A stretch of 64,000 nucleotides of DNA from Candidatus Gastranaerophilales bacterium (GTDB lineage Bacteria > Cyanobacteriota > Vampirovibrionia > Gastranaerophilales > Gastranaerophilaceae), in the NCBI GenBank assembly GCA_947857085.1, contig CANUDF010000001.1, positions 3,841-67,840 on the forward strand. The letters run 5' to 3'. Shown one piece after another: positions 10,434 through 20,782 of the stretch. The position numbers and the translations under genes are program-made. Positions within the stretch are counted from its first letter, which is position 1, and every line of letters starts with the position of its first letter. The notes below the pieces were generated by a model that did no database searches, was not told the origin of the DNA, and worked only from the letters and a program-made list of their open reading frames with translations.

Positions 10434-11306
10434 TTATTTGCAAAGAGGGAAACCTAATCCTTCTCTCTGTTCTACATACAATCTTGCAACAGCGGAAGCC
10501 ATTGTTCTAACTCTGTTAATAAAGTTCATTCTTTCGTCTTTACTGATTACGCCTCTTGCATCAAGCAGGTTAAATGTATGAGAACATTTTAAAACGTAAT
10601 CATATGCAGGTAATACCAGCTTGGCATTAATACAATTATCTACTTCTTTTTGGTAAAGGTCAAACATTGTAAATAACGCTTCTGCATTAGAAACTTCAAA
10701 GTTATATTTTGATTGCTCAATTTCGTTCTGTAAGAAAATTTCGCCGTATTTTAAAGTGTCATTCCACATAATATCATAGACTGATTCTTTATCTTGTAAA
10801 TACATTGCGATTCTTTCAAGACCGTAAGTAAGTTCAAGAGCTACAGGTTTTACTTCCAAGCCCCCTACCTGCTGGAAATATGTAAATTGAGTAATTTCCA
10901 TACCATCGAGCCAAACTTCCCAACCCACACCGGCAGCTCCTAATGTTGGAGATTCCCAGTTATCCTCGACAAATCTAACGTCATGTTCCGTTAAATCAAT
11001 ACCCATAGCTTCCAAACTTTTTAAATAAAGCTCCTGAGCATTGTCCGGAGACGGTTTTAAAATAACCTGAAACTGATAATAATGACCAAGTCTGTTAGGA
11101 TTTTCGCCATATCTTGCATCAGTGGGCCTTCTGCAAGGTTCAATCATTGCAGTATTCCAAGGTTCCGGCCCCAATGAACGCAAAAAAGTTGCAGGATTCA
11201 TTGTAGATGCACCTTTTTCTATATCATAAGGCTGCTGTATTATACAACCATAATCTGACCAGAACTTTTGTAAATTAAATACCAATTCCTGAAAATTTAA
11301 TGCCAT
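10434..11306 (-). CDS. glyQ: Glycine--tRNA ligase alpha subunit
   Basis: 290 aa. [28 protein letters not shown] and [15 protein letters not shown] are hallmark GlyQ sequences. Confidence 0.9.
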   Translation of the reverse strand: MALNFQELVFNLQKFWSDYGCIIQQPYDIEKGASTMNPATFLRSLGPEPWNTAMIEPCRRPTDARYGENPNRLGHYYQFQVILKPSPDNAQELYLKSLEAMGIDLTEHDVRFVEDNWESPTLGAAGVGWEVWLDGMEITQFTYFQQVGGLEVKPVALELTYGLERIAMYLQDKESVYDIMWNDTLKYGEIFLQNEIEQSKYNFEVSNAEALFTMFDLYQKEVDNCINAKLVLPAYDYVLKCSHTFNLLDARGVISKDERMNFINRVRTMASAVARLYVEQREGLGFPLCK

Positions 11307-11470
11307 AACCGTACCTTTATTGTAAAAAATACACTCGTTCGTTCATAATACGACGGACATAGTAAAATTGCAATTATTTTGTAAAAAATATTAAGACGCC
11401 TGCAAAGAATTATAAATATTTTTCAAAAGACTGCGCAAATTTTATTTTGTTCGAATATTATATAAATATC

Positions 11471-12997
11471 ATGTTTATTACACCGGTAAATTTTGCACCA
11501 AATAATGGTTACAGAAGTAATAATATTTCATTTAGTGGTCTGACAAAAAAAATGAAACGGCAGATGTATATTGATGGGAAAAAAGATATTTTAAACATAA
11601 TAAATCAACGGGATCCATCCCAGACGGATTATATAGGACAGCTTCCGCCGGGAATCTTTTATAAACTGCCCAAAGAAAATCGTGAAGCAGCCATAAAAGA
11701 AATTTTGTCAGTTTTTGACACAAGTGCCATAGAAATTCGCAGCTACAGAAGCGGTATAACAAGCAGCCAAAAAGAATACAAGAACAGGCGTGCAGATTCG
11801 ACCGTTGAAAAAATGAAAAAAGTTTTTGAAAAGTATGACCTTATTGAACCCGATCAGGAATTTGACATAGAATTTTTAGGACGCGGTGACTACGGCAGTG
11901 CGTTTTTACTAAAGGGCTTATATGATCATACAACTAATGACCAATATATTTTAAAAGTTTACCACGTGGCAGATAAAGGGCCTGAATGGCACAGGTATAA
12001 AAGCCATGGGAATTATGCAGAACCGAATACCGGAGCATATTGGATGAATAAATGGGGGCGTGATACCCAGCGCGGCAAATTTTATTTTGCTAATATTGAT
12101 GCCGGATATCTTGTAGAAAACAGGATGGATTATACTATTCCGCCGCCTAAGCGTATGGTTAATGAATACACAAAAGGTGCAAAATTAACAGATGAAGAAC
12201 TTGCAATGCCCAACGGTCATAATAAATGCAATAACTACAGTTATGATTTAGGCGGAGTAAGAGTAGTTAACAGAGTAAAAAATAAAAGTAAAACGGCCTG
12301 CTATGTACTTGAAAGAATAAAAAACACGCCCAAAAAAGAACGAAGTTTAGAATGGTGGAAAATTTATAACCTAAAACATTTGGATATGGAACAGAAAAAA
12401 GCTGGTCTTGCACTTGCAATTAAGTATATGGAAGAACCTGATGAATATATAAAAGTATGTCTGCAAGAAGAACTTCCTATGGTTGATATGGGACTTGCCT
12501 ATGTCCTGAAATATCTGCCGCATAAAAAAGCCAAAAAACTATTTGAAGAATTAATGATGCGAAACGACATCCCTACACAAATAGTTTTGATGAATGAGAT
12601 ACCATTACTTGCACGAAACCAGAGAATTGCAGATAAATATGATGATTTAGATGTCCCAAAAGATCAGGTCGACCCTAAAAAAATCGAAGCTTTTTACAAG
12701 ATAGCTGAAAAACATGCAAACATTCTGTCTATTGAACATCTTGCAAGTTATGTTCATCTTTTACCGGATGAGAAAATAATGAAAGAGTTTCATAAACTTG
12801 TAAAACGTGAAGATGATAGAGTTTATGAAAGACTTCTGCATAAAATAAGAATTGTTAATGAGAAAGAGTTTCCTGTTAACCTGAAACTAGAAATGATTAA
12901 TATTCTAAAACAACATGTAAAAGAGCCCTACTTAAAACAAAAAACAGAAGAAACAAGGATTTTTGTTATCAGAAGCACACAAGATGACACCGATTAA
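11471..12997 (+). CDS. Hypothetical protein with a possible protein-kinase-like glycine loop and a helical-repeat C-terminus
   Basis: The ORF-track start 11447 is TTG, so I prefer ATG 11471. FLGRGDYGSAFLL...YILKVYH resembles a G-loop plus VAIK lysine, but the rest is unassigned. Confidence 0.4.
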   Translation: MFITPVNFAPNNGYRSNNISFSGLTKKMKRQMYIDGKKDILNIINQRDPSQTDYIGQLPPGIFYKLPKENREAAIKEILSVFDTSAIEIRSYRSGITSSQKEYKNRRADSTVEKMKKVFEKYDLIEPDQEFDIEFLGRGDYGSAFLLKGLYDHTTNDQYILKVYHVADKGPEWHRYKSHGNYAEPNTGAYWMNKWGRDTQRGKFYFANIDAGYLVENRMDYTIPPPKRMVNEYTKGAKLTDEELAMPNGHNKCNNYSYDLGGVRVVNRVKNKSKTACYVLERIKNTPKKERSLEWWKIYNLKHLDMEQKKAGLALAIKYMEEPDEYIKVCLQEELPMVDMGLAYVLKYLPHKKAKKLFEELMMRNDIPTQIVLMNEIPLLARNQRIADKYDDLDVPKDQVDPKKIEAFYKIAEKHANILSIEHLASYVHLLPDEKIMKEFHKLVKREDDRVYERLLHKIRIVNEKEFPVNLKLEMINILKQHVKEPYLKQKTEETRIFVIRSTQDDTD

Positions 12998-13032
12998 TCC
13001 TGAGTATGCTATAATTAATATGAGGTAAAATT

Positions 13033-13545
13033 ATGGCAGATAAAATTATAATTTTTTCGGGCAAGCAATATTCAGGTAAAGATACTCTGGCAAAAATCAT
13101 GCTTAATGCAATGCCTGATTATAAGCGCTTTGCAATGGGTGATATTATAAAATTAACCTACGGAAAAGAAAAAGGGTTAACATACGAAGAAATAGAAAAA
13201 AACAAACCGCTTTACCGTCAGGATTTAATTAATTTAGGCAATTGGGGCAGAGCACAAGATCCGGATTACTGGCTTAAAAAAATTTTAGAGCAGCCGGGAA
13301 ACATAATGGTCACAGATGTCAGGGTTCCGCACGAATACGAAGTGTTTAAAAATGCAGGAGCTATTTCAATAAGAGTCGAAGCCGATCGTGAAATACGTGC
13401 AAAACGTGGTGAGTTAATAGGTGAAAATGATATCACAGAAACAGGCTTAGACAATATTACTGATTGGGATTATATAATAGAAAACAATTCTGATTATGAA
13501 ACACTTGAAACACAAGCACAAAAACTTATAAAGGAACTGGCATAG
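13033..13545 (+). CDS. P-loop kinase resembling animal-type phosphomevalonate kinase (P-mevalo_kinase-like)
   Basis: FSGKQYSGKDT, WGRAQDPDYW, VTDVRV, IRVEADREIRAKRG and TETGLDNITDWDYIIEN are colinear with human PMVK blocks, as recalled from memory. Confidence 0.55.
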   Translation: MADKIIIFSGKQYSGKDTLAKIMLNAMPDYKRFAMGDIIKLTYGKEKGLTYEEIEKNKPLYRQDLINLGNWGRAQDPDYWLKKILEQPGNIMVTDVRVPHEYEVFKNAGAISIRVEADREIRAKRGELIGENDITETGLDNITDWDYIIENNSDYETLETQAQKLIKELA

Positions 13546-13837
13546 TGGCAGGAGACTATAAAAAACTTCTGAACAAAAAGAAGAAAAAATACTGCGACAC
13601 CAAAACAATGGGCGTAAACATTGACAAAAATGAATACTACGAAATAATCCTGTCTAATTCAGCGCATCCTGAACAAATTAAAAGCAACAAATCTTAATCA
13701 CCTCTTGAATTTAAATTATCTTTAATATAATATTTCTAATACGAACGTGCGTCGGTGGATTTTTTTGTGGAAGAAATTATTAAACACCGATTTAAGGAAT
13801 TTTTTATTAGTACTAGTAAAATATAAAGGAAAGCAAA

Positions 13838-14191
13838 ATGAACCCTATTATTAATGAATTAGAAAAACCTTATTTGGAAAAAGAATTACCGGAATTGAAC
13901 CCGGGTGATACCGTAAAAGTTTTCGTAAGAATTATTGAAGGCAACAAAGAAAGAACACAGGCTTTTGAAGGAACAATAATCAAAAAACACGGTTCCGGTA
14001 TCAACAAAACAATTACTGTAAGAAAAGTATTCCAAGGCGTAGGCGTTGAAAGAGTGTTTTTGGTACATTCACCAAGAATTGAAAAAATCAACGTATTAAG
14101 ACGCGGTGACGTAAGACGTTCTAAATTATACTACTTAAGAGAACGTTCAGGTAAAGCAACTCGTATCAAGGAAAAAATTGAAAAAAGATAA
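13838..14191 (+). CDS. rplS: 50S ribosomal protein L19
   Basis: 117 aa. PELNPGDTVKVFVRIIEGNKERTQAFEG and RRSKLYYLR are typical L19 sequences. Confidence 0.9.
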   Translation: MNPIINELEKPYLEKELPELNPGDTVKVFVRIIEGNKERTQAFEGTIIKKHGSGINKTITVRKVFQGVGVERVFLVHSPRIEKINVLRRGDVRRSKLYYLRERSGKATRIKEKIEKR

Positions 14192-15029
14192 ACTTCATAT
14201 ACACTGGTATCCGGGGCATATTGCCAAAGCTGAACGGAAGTTAAAAGAACAGCTTTCGTTAGTGGATGCCGTAATAGAAGTTATTGATGCGAGACTGCCT
14301 TATTCAAGCAGTTACGATAATATTACGGGGCTTTTAGGTGAAAAGCCCCGTTTAATTTTGCTTAATAAATCAGATTTGACTGAAAAAGCAGAACTTAAAC
14401 CGTGGATAAAAAAACTTGAGGATGCATCAGGTTATCCTGTTTTGTTAACAGACGCAAAAAATTCAAAGGATTTGTCCAATATAGTAAAAAAGGCTGTAGA
14501 GCTTGCAGAGCCGAGAATTCAGGCGTTAATGGCAAAAGGACTTTTAAGACGTCCGGCAAGAGTTATGGTAGTCGGCATGCCAAATGTCGGCAAATCAAGC
14601 GTAATTAATAAACTTACACGCTCATCCAAAACCAAAACAGGAGCAAAAGCAGGGGTAACAAGGCAGCAGCAATGGGTAAGGATAAACCCGCAGCTTGAAC
14701 TTTTGGATACCCCGGGAATAATTCCAATGAAACAGGATAATCAGGAAGTTGCCAAAAAGCTTGCATTTGTAAATTCAATATCAGAAAACGCATACTCAAA
14801 CGAACCCGTTGCAAGCCAATTGCTGGAACTTTTAAGCAAAAAATATCCGGAACAGGTAAAGGATTACTACAAAACAGAAGATTTATCACTGGAAAGCATT
14901 GCAATCGCGCGCAATTGGATTATATCAGGAGGAAATCCCGATATTGAACGCACGGCGGTTTATGTCCTACGGGACTTTAGAGAAGGAAAAATAGGGAAGT
15001 TTATATTAGACGATGTTAGTCAAGAGTGA
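14178..15029 (+). CDS. rbgA: Ribosome biogenesis GTPase A (YlqF/RbgA)
   Basis: It has HWYPGHIAKAERKL, a circularly permuted GTPase (NKSDL before GMPNVGKSS), and DTPGI. The TTG start overlaps the end of rplS. Confidence 0.85.
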   Translation: MKKDKLHIHWYPGHIAKAERKLKEQLSLVDAVIEVIDARLPYSSSYDNITGLLGEKPRLILLNKSDLTEKAELKPWIKKLEDASGYPVLLTDAKNSKDLSNIVKKAVELAEPRIQALMAKGLLRRPARVMVVGMPNVGKSSVINKLTRSSKTKTGAKAGVTRQQQWVRINPQLELLDTPGIIPMKQDNQEVAKKLAFVNSISENAYSNEPVASQLLELLSKKYPEQVKDYYKTEDLSLESIAIARNWIISGGNPDIERTAVYVLRDFREGKIGKFILDDVSQE

Positions 15030-15807
15030 AAAAATAAAAAAATATACTGATAAAGAGCGTATGGAAAGCCGTACGGCAGAAGAAAAAGAAATAATAAACA
15101 AACAGGTAAGCCGCAGGTTAAAAACAGAATTAACAGCAGATTCACCTATAATTAAACTTTTTGCTTTTGACATGCAGGATGAAAGAACAGTAATCGGCAC
15201 TGATGAAGCCGGCAGAGGCCCAGCAGCAGGCGGTGTTTTTGCAAGTGCAGTCTGTTTCAGAGAAAAAAGCCGTAAACTAATTGAAGAGTTAATGGTTTTA
15301 AACGACAGCAAACAACTTACCAAAAAGAAACGTGAAAGTATTTATGATGTGATTTTAAACAATACAATTAATGCAACAGCATGCATTGAAGTTGCTGAAA
15401 TAGAAGAAATAAATATATTAAACGCTTCTTTAAAGGCAATGAAAACGGCATGCGACGAGGTTTATAACAGGCTGCACAAAGAGTTTGAAATTCCGCGTCA
15501 CAAGCTTATTGTTTTTGTGGACGGAAACAGGTATATAAAATATTTAAACTACTCGCAAAAGTTTGTAATAAAAGGAGATGCACAATCTGCATCAATAGCG
15601 GCAGCAAGTGTATTAGCAAAAGTTGCACGTGACAGATATATGGAAAAACTTGACGCTGAATTTCCAGAATACGGCTGGGCGCATAATGCAGGATATTTAA
15701 CAAAAGACCATCTTAACGCTATAGATAAATACGGTCTTTGCAAATACCACAGACCCTCTTTTCTTAAAAAACATTTTGCAAAAGAAGAACAGTTGAGTTT
15801 GTTCTAG
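15013..15807 (+). CDS. rnhB: Ribonuclease HII
   Basis: It has the GTDEAGRGPAAGGVFASAV catalytic motif and DSKQLT. The true start may be an internal Met, because the N-terminal ~50 aa are an unusual extension. Confidence 0.8.
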   Translation: MLVKSEKIKKYTDKERMESRTAEEKEIINKQVSRRLKTELTADSPIIKLFAFDMQDERTVIGTDEAGRGPAAGGVFASAVCFREKSRKLIEELMVLNDSKQLTKKKRESIYDVILNNTINATACIEVAEIEEINILNASLKAMKTACDEVYNRLHKEFEIPRHKLIVFVDGNRYIKYLNYSQKFVIKGDAQSASIAAASVLAKVARDRYMEKLDAEFPEYGWAHNAGYLTKDHLNAIDKYGLCKYHRPSFLKKHFAKEEQLSLF

Positions 15808-15811
15808 TTAA

Positions 15812-17476
15812 TTATAATTCGAACAACTTGTGCAGTCTTTCTCTTATATCGTTTTCGTCAAGGTCATTTGTGATTTTATTCAAATCTATTGCCATTTGAT
15901 AGTAATGTGCGGCATCGTTTGTGAAATCCATTTTTTCGGATGCTCGTGCAGCATTGAAATAAGCAAGAGTGTAACTCGGGTTCAGCTCTATTGCCTCCTC
16001 AAAATATTCAAGCGCCTGCTCCGCATCCATCAATCCGTCTAAATATAAAATACCAAGATTATTATGTGCGAATTCGTTTTCAGGATTTAATTCAACAGCT
16101 TTGTGATAAGCGACAAGAGCTTCTTCAAGATAATCTTTTTCCCAGAGCGCAATACCTGCTTTAGAATACCCTCTGTAATCATTCGGGTTAAGAGTTATCG
16201 CGTCGCAATATGCCCTGATTGCCTTATCCAAATCATAATCCGCCATATAAATATCACCAAGAGCCAGATATAAATCATAGTTATTAGGGTCTAAAATCAA
16301 TCCGGCCTGATATGTTGCAACAGCAGCATCAAGATTTCCATTAACTTCTGCATATAACGACCCTAAAGCCTGGCATACAATTGATGTCCATTCTTTATCC
16401 GGGTTCAGATCAATTGCTTTTTGATAATGATGAATTGCGTCTTCAAACAATTCGGCTTTTGAATACGCATAAGCAAGCGAGTTATTATAGAACGGATTTT
16501 CCGGCTCCAACTCAACAGCAAGCTTAAACGCACTGATTGAATTTATTTTATCGTCTTTTGACATGTAAAGATGCCCTAACTCATAGTAGATAGGTGCTTT
16601 ACTTTCATCAAATTCCAAAAGTTTTTCATAACAGTCAATGGTTTCATCTTTGCAGTCAGGAAAATACGTCTGCAATACAGTTGCAAGTTTTGCCCAGACA
16701 TCCCTGTTCAAAGCATTTGCTTCCAAAACTTTTTTATAACTTTCTACGGCAAAATCATATTCACCGTTTTTCAAAGCAATATCACCCATTCTGTTATAGA
16801 AAATTTCTGCATGGTCTGTTTCATCAACAGCTTTTTTATAAAGATTTTCTGCGGCCGGAAGCATTTTAAATTTTTCAAAAAGTTTGCCGATTGTGTTATA
16901 TTTAAACACTGAAAAATCATCCGCAATATTTTTGTAAAACATTTTTATAGCAGGCTTGTCCCAGGCAAGCATCATGCTTCCTGTTAAAAAGTAGTATAAA
17001 AATCCCGCGTAATCGCCAATATTTCCGTCTTTGTTATTAATTTTCTGCAAAATCGCCTGAGATAAAATCAAACGCGGACGTGCGGATTTAAACTTGCTCA
17101 TTTTTATTGCCGACTTAAACTCAGCCTCGGCAGACTTGTAATCCTGAGCCAATTTCATGAAAAATCCTGCGTACATGTGCGCATTCATATTTGACGGAGC
17201 AAGAGAACATGCCGTTTTGCACTGTTCGATTGCTGTATTAATACTAATCTGCCCCTGCTCCCACATTAAACTTGCAAGTCTGTAATAACTTTCAGGGATT
17301 GTCGGGTCAAACTTTACCGCATCAACATAGTGTTCAATTGCCTCCTGCAAGTCACTGTTCTGCTGACGAATTAAATACCTTTCATGTGCTTCTCTGGCTT
17401 TTTCCAATGAATACTGCGCTTTTTCTAGATTTTCGCTATTATTTGTTCCTATAGGCATTAAAATTTGTTCTGACAT
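15812..17476 (-). CDS. Tetratricopeptide (TPR) repeat protein
   Basis: It has many A..Y....A...P.. TPR-like repeats (AIELNP, AVELNP, AIDLNP). I prefer ATG 17476, which has GGAG 7 nt upstream, over the TTG at 17488. Confidence 0.7.
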   Translation of the reverse strand: MSEQILMPIGTNNSENLEKAQYSLEKAREAHERYLIRQQNSDLQEAIEHYVDAVKFDPTIPESYYRLASLMWEQGQISINTAIEQCKTACSLAPSNMNAHMYAGFFMKLAQDYKSAEAEFKSAIKMSKFKSARPRLILSQAILQKINNKDGNIGDYAGFLYYFLTGSMMLAWDKPAIKMFYKNIADDFSVFKYNTIGKLFEKFKMLPAAENLYKKAVDETDHAEIFYNRMGDIALKNGEYDFAVESYKKVLEANALNRDVWAKLATVLQTYFPDCKDETIDCYEKLLEFDESKAPIYYELGHLYMSKDDKINSISAFKLAVELEPENPFYNNSLAYAYSKAELFEDAIHHYQKAIDLNPDKEWTSIVCQALGSLYAEVNGNLDAAVATYQAGLILDPNNYDLYLALGDIYMADYDLDKAIRAYCDAITLNPNDYRGYSKAGIALWEKDYLEEALVAYHKAVELNPENEFAHNNLGILYLDGLMDAEQALEYFEEAIELNPSYTLAYFNAARASEKMDFTNDAAHYYQMAIDLNKITNDLDENDIRERLHKLFEL

Positions 17477-17603
17477 TATGAGCTCCAATAAATGTATGTG
17501 TAAATTTTGTCGGCAGAAAACTTTAAGACTTTATTATTTATCGAAAATATCCTCTGAATGTATTAGCCGGTTTATTAATTTGTATTTGTACTATAATGTA
17601 GTT

Positions 17604-19490
17604 ATGGATTATTTGAAGAATAAATTTGATATAATCGTTGTCGGTGCAGGTCATGCAGGATGCGAGGCAGCAATTTCCGCGGCACGTTTAGGCTGTAAGG
17701 TTTTACTGTGTACACTTAACATTGATAATATTGCATTAATGCCCTGCAATCCTGCAATAGGCGGACCTGCGAAATCAACTCTTGTACGCGAAATTGACGC
17801 TCTTGGCGGGGTTATGGGTGAAGCTGCGGACGCTACTTATATCCAAATGAAAATGTTAAATTCTTCAAAAGGTCCTGCTGTTCGTGCACTTCGCGCCCAG
17901 TCAGACAAAAAAGAATATATGGCATATATGAGAAATATTATTGAGAACACTGAAAATATTTACCTCAAACAATGCTGTATAACTGAACTTCTTGTAAAAG
18001 ACGGGGCTGTCTGCGGTGCTGTTGATGAATTTGGTATAGAATATAGTGCGCGTGCTATAGTTTTGACTACAGGAACTTCACTTGACGGAAAAATCTGGGT
18101 AGGCTTACGTTCATATAGTGCAGGTCGTCTAGGTGAAAAAGCTGCAATCGGTTTATCTGAAAGCCTGAACAAACTCGGAATTCAGACAAAGAAATTAAAA
18201 ACAGGCACACCGGCACGTGTTGACAAACGTACAATTGATTACTCAAAAATGATAATTCAGCCGGGGGATGACGAATTAAACTTTTATTCTTTCAAGCCTA
18301 ACAGACCAATAAGGCCGCAATATCCTTGTTATTTAACAAGAACAAACGAAAAAACACATGAAATTATAAAAGCTAACCTTGACAAATCCCCTATGTATCA
18401 AGGATTAATTCATGGGGTTGGTCCGCGCTATTGCCCGTCAATTGAAGATAAAATCGTAAGATTTGCAGAAAATCCGTCACACCATATATTCATAGAGCCC
18501 GAAGGGCTTGGAACTTATGAGGTTTATATACAGGGATTTTCAAGCAGTTTACCTGCCGATATACAGCTAAAAATGCTTAGAACCTTGCCGGGCCTGGAAC
18601 ATGCGCATGTAATAAAGCCGGCTTATGCTGTGGAATATGATTATGTACCGGCAGTCCAGACAATGCATTCTTTAATGTCAAAACAAATTCAGGGCTTGTT
18701 CTTCGGGGGACAGATTAATGGTACAAGCGGTTATGAAGAAGCTGCTGCTCAGGGCCTTATTGCAGGAATTAATGCAGTAAATTATCTGAACAATTCTGAA
18801 ATGCTTGAACTTTCTAGAAGTTCCTCTTATATCGGAACATTAATTGACGATTTGGTAACCAAAGATATTGAAGACCCTTACAGAATGCTTACTTCGCGTT
18901 CAGAATACAGATTGCTGCTGCGTCAGGACAATGCAGATGCAAGGTTAACTGAAATCGGGCATAAGCTTGGTTTGATAGACGAAAAACAGTATAAAGTATT
19001 CACGGATAAGCAGGAAGCAATAAAAAGCGAACATCAAAGACTCTTGGGAACAAAACTTTCTGCAAGTGATGAAGTTAACGGCATTTTGGCTAAATACGGC
19101 GAAAGCATTGAGCGCGGGATTAAGCTTGGGGAACTATTAAAACGGCCGAATATTAGTTACAAAATTTTAAAAGAACTTGATAATGAAACTGCCGAATTAG
19201 ATATTCCGCGTGATGTATATGAACAGGTAGAAATTTTAATAAAATATGACGGCTATTTAAAACGTCAGGAATATCAGGTGGAACAGGGTTCAAAGCTTGA
19301 AAAATACCGAATTCCCGATGATATAGATTATTCAAAAATAGATCATATTTCATCAGAAACAAAAGACAAACTGGCAAAAATCCGTCCTAAAACGCTTGCA
19401 CAGGCTTCCCGTATCGGCGGGGTTAAGCCTGCGGATATTTCTGTTTTAATGGTTATGCTGGATAGGAATATGTTTATTAAATCAAAATAA
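17604..19490 (+). CDS. mnmG: tRNA uridine 5-carboxymethylaminomethyl modification enzyme MnmG (GidA)
   Basis: It has FDIIVVGAGHAGCEAA, GPRYCPSIEDK and QINGTSGYEEAAAQG. ATG 17604 removes a 42-aa non-homologous extension that overlaps the divergent TPR gene. Confidence 0.9.
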   Translation: MDYLKNKFDIIVVGAGHAGCEAAISAARLGCKVLLCTLNIDNIALMPCNPAIGGPAKSTLVREIDALGGVMGEAADATYIQMKMLNSSKGPAVRALRAQSDKKEYMAYMRNIIENTENIYLKQCCITELLVKDGAVCGAVDEFGIEYSARAIVLTTGTSLDGKIWVGLRSYSAGRLGEKAAIGLSESLNKLGIQTKKLKTGTPARVDKRTIDYSKMIIQPGDDELNFYSFKPNRPIRPQYPCYLTRTNEKTHEIIKANLDKSPMYQGLIHGVGPRYCPSIEDKIVRFAENPSHHIFIEPEGLGTYEVYIQGFSSSLPADIQLKMLRTLPGLEHAHVIKPAYAVEYDYVPAVQTMHSLMSKQIQGLFFGGQINGTSGYEEAAAQGLIAGINAVNYLNNSEMLELSRSSSYIGTLIDDLVTKDIEDPYRMLTSRSEYRLLLRQDNADARLTEIGHKLGLIDEKQYKVFTDKQEAIKSEHQRLLGTKLSASDEVNGILAKYGESIERGIKLGELLKRPNISYKILKELDNETAELDIPRDVYEQVEILIKYDGYLKRQEYQVEQGSKLEKYRIPDDIDYSKIDHISSETKDKLAKIRPKTLAQASRIGGVKPADISVLMVMLDRNMFIKSK

Positions 19491-19495
19491 GACTT

Positions 19496-20782
19496 TTACA
19501 GAGCCGCCAGTGCCATAGCCTGCTCAATAACATATTTGTCTGTACTATTAATTTTTTTTGCGATATTTACAGCATTTATTGCTCTTTTTATATATTTCTC
19601 TTCTCCTGTCTGTTTATACAAAAATTCATTGGCATAAGAAATATACAAGTAAGGAACATAACTTTCTGTCGTATCTGCCAGTTTTTTGAAGTATTTTATG
19701 GCCTCCGGCATGTTTCTGTTCCTGTAATTTATATATGCAATACGGGCAAGTCTTTTATCAACCGTTTCTGTTTCATAATAATCTTTAGGTCTGTTTGATT
19801 TACTTATAATAATGGAAACCCTATCGGAAGACTTTTTACAATTCAATACATCGGAATTCATAATATTAAATTTCCCTTCATTTACCCATTCAGGAGCAAA
19901 TGCCGATATATTTTCCCTCATGCTTTCAATACGTTTTTCCGGCATTGGATGTGTATCGCTTAAAGTTTTAACATGGGGCAAAGCATTCATAAAGTTTAAT
20001 GCCTCCATGCCTTTATCCATTTCAAACCCGGCTCTGGTCATAAGCATAGCGCCTTCAGCATCAGCCATATATTCCATCATTCTTGATTCTGCAAGCATTC
20101 TTTTTTGCTGAACTAAAGCACCTATAGTACCAACAGAAGAAACAAGCTGATCATTCGGTATGCTGGTTTTCTTAATGATCTTCTGGTAACGATAAGACAG
20201 TTCTGCCATACGCTGAGGGTGACCTAGTATTTGATGCGCCATTTCATGGGCAATAATAAAAGCAAGTGCATCATCATTTGTATATAAAGAATCGTATAAA
20301 GCTGTATTTATGAATATATAATTGGCCTCTGAAGTTGCAGCATTAAACTCATCCTCAGATTTTCTAATAGCAATACGCCAGTTCATGTAATCAAGATTAT
20401 TTGCTCTAATTAACCGTTCTGCAATTCTATAAACTTTATAAAAATCAACATCCATAGGCTGCACATTATAAGTATTCATATTTTTGGAAATTGCCGGTAT
20501 AATTTTCGTCTTATAAACTATATTATCACTTGCAATTTTGGCATTATATAATGCTTGGTTAACAGGTTTCAAATCAGACAGAGATATAAGTTTTGGATCT
20601 TTTAATTCAATTGTTGAAATATCTTTTACAACCGGTAAAGTATACTTTGCAGCATGACGTTTTACAGATGAATATTTAGAATTTTTTTTCATATCATTAA
20701 GCTGTTTATCCAGATATGAACCCGCTGATACAGGCATCTGAATTGCCAGTATTAATAAATATAATAAAATCTTTTTGTTCAT
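19496..20782 (-). CDS. Secreted M48-family zinc metallopeptidase with TPR-like C-terminus
   Basis: It has a signal peptide (MNKKILLYLLILAIQMPVSA) and an HEMAHQILGH (HExxH) motif. Confidence 0.65.
   Translation of the reverse strand: MNKKILLYLLILAIQMPVSAGSYLDKQLNDMKKNSKYSSVKRHAAKYTLPVVKDISTIELKDPKLISLSDLKPVNQALYNAKIASDNIVYKTKIIPAISKNMNTYNVQPMDVDFYKVYRIAERLIRANNLDYMNWRIAIRKSEDEFNAATSEANYIFINTALYDSLYTNDDALAFIIAHEMAHQILGHPQRMAELSYRYQKIIKKTSIPNDQLVSSVGTIGALVQQKRMLAESRMMEYMADAEGAMLMTRAGFEMDKGMEALNFMNALPHVKTLSDTHPMPEKRIESMRENISAFAPEWVNEGKFNIMNSDVLNCKKSSDRVSIIISKSNRPKDYYETETVDKRLARIAYINYRNRNMPEAIKYFKKLADTTESYVPYLYISYANEFLYKQTGEEKYIKRAINAVNIAKKINSTDKYVIEQAMALAAL

Noticed and set aside
11307-11446. 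I looked for a T-box or other leader upstream of glyQ.
   Set aside because: The intergenic region is only ~140 nt and shows no specifier or antiterminator-like helices or a T-box consensus by eye.
13545-13700. A possible ~51-codon ORF (GTG start overlapping the PMVK-like stop, VAGDYKKLLNKKKKKYCD...) lies before rplS.
   Set aside because: It is Lys-rich and low complexity, with no clear SD and no recognisable family. I cannot support it from sequence alone.
17478-17603. The ORF track gives mnmG a 42-aa N-terminal extension.
   Set aside because: The extension overlaps the divergent TPR gene start and lacks homology to MnmG. The conserved FDIIVVGAGHAGCEAA motif sits right after ATG 17604.
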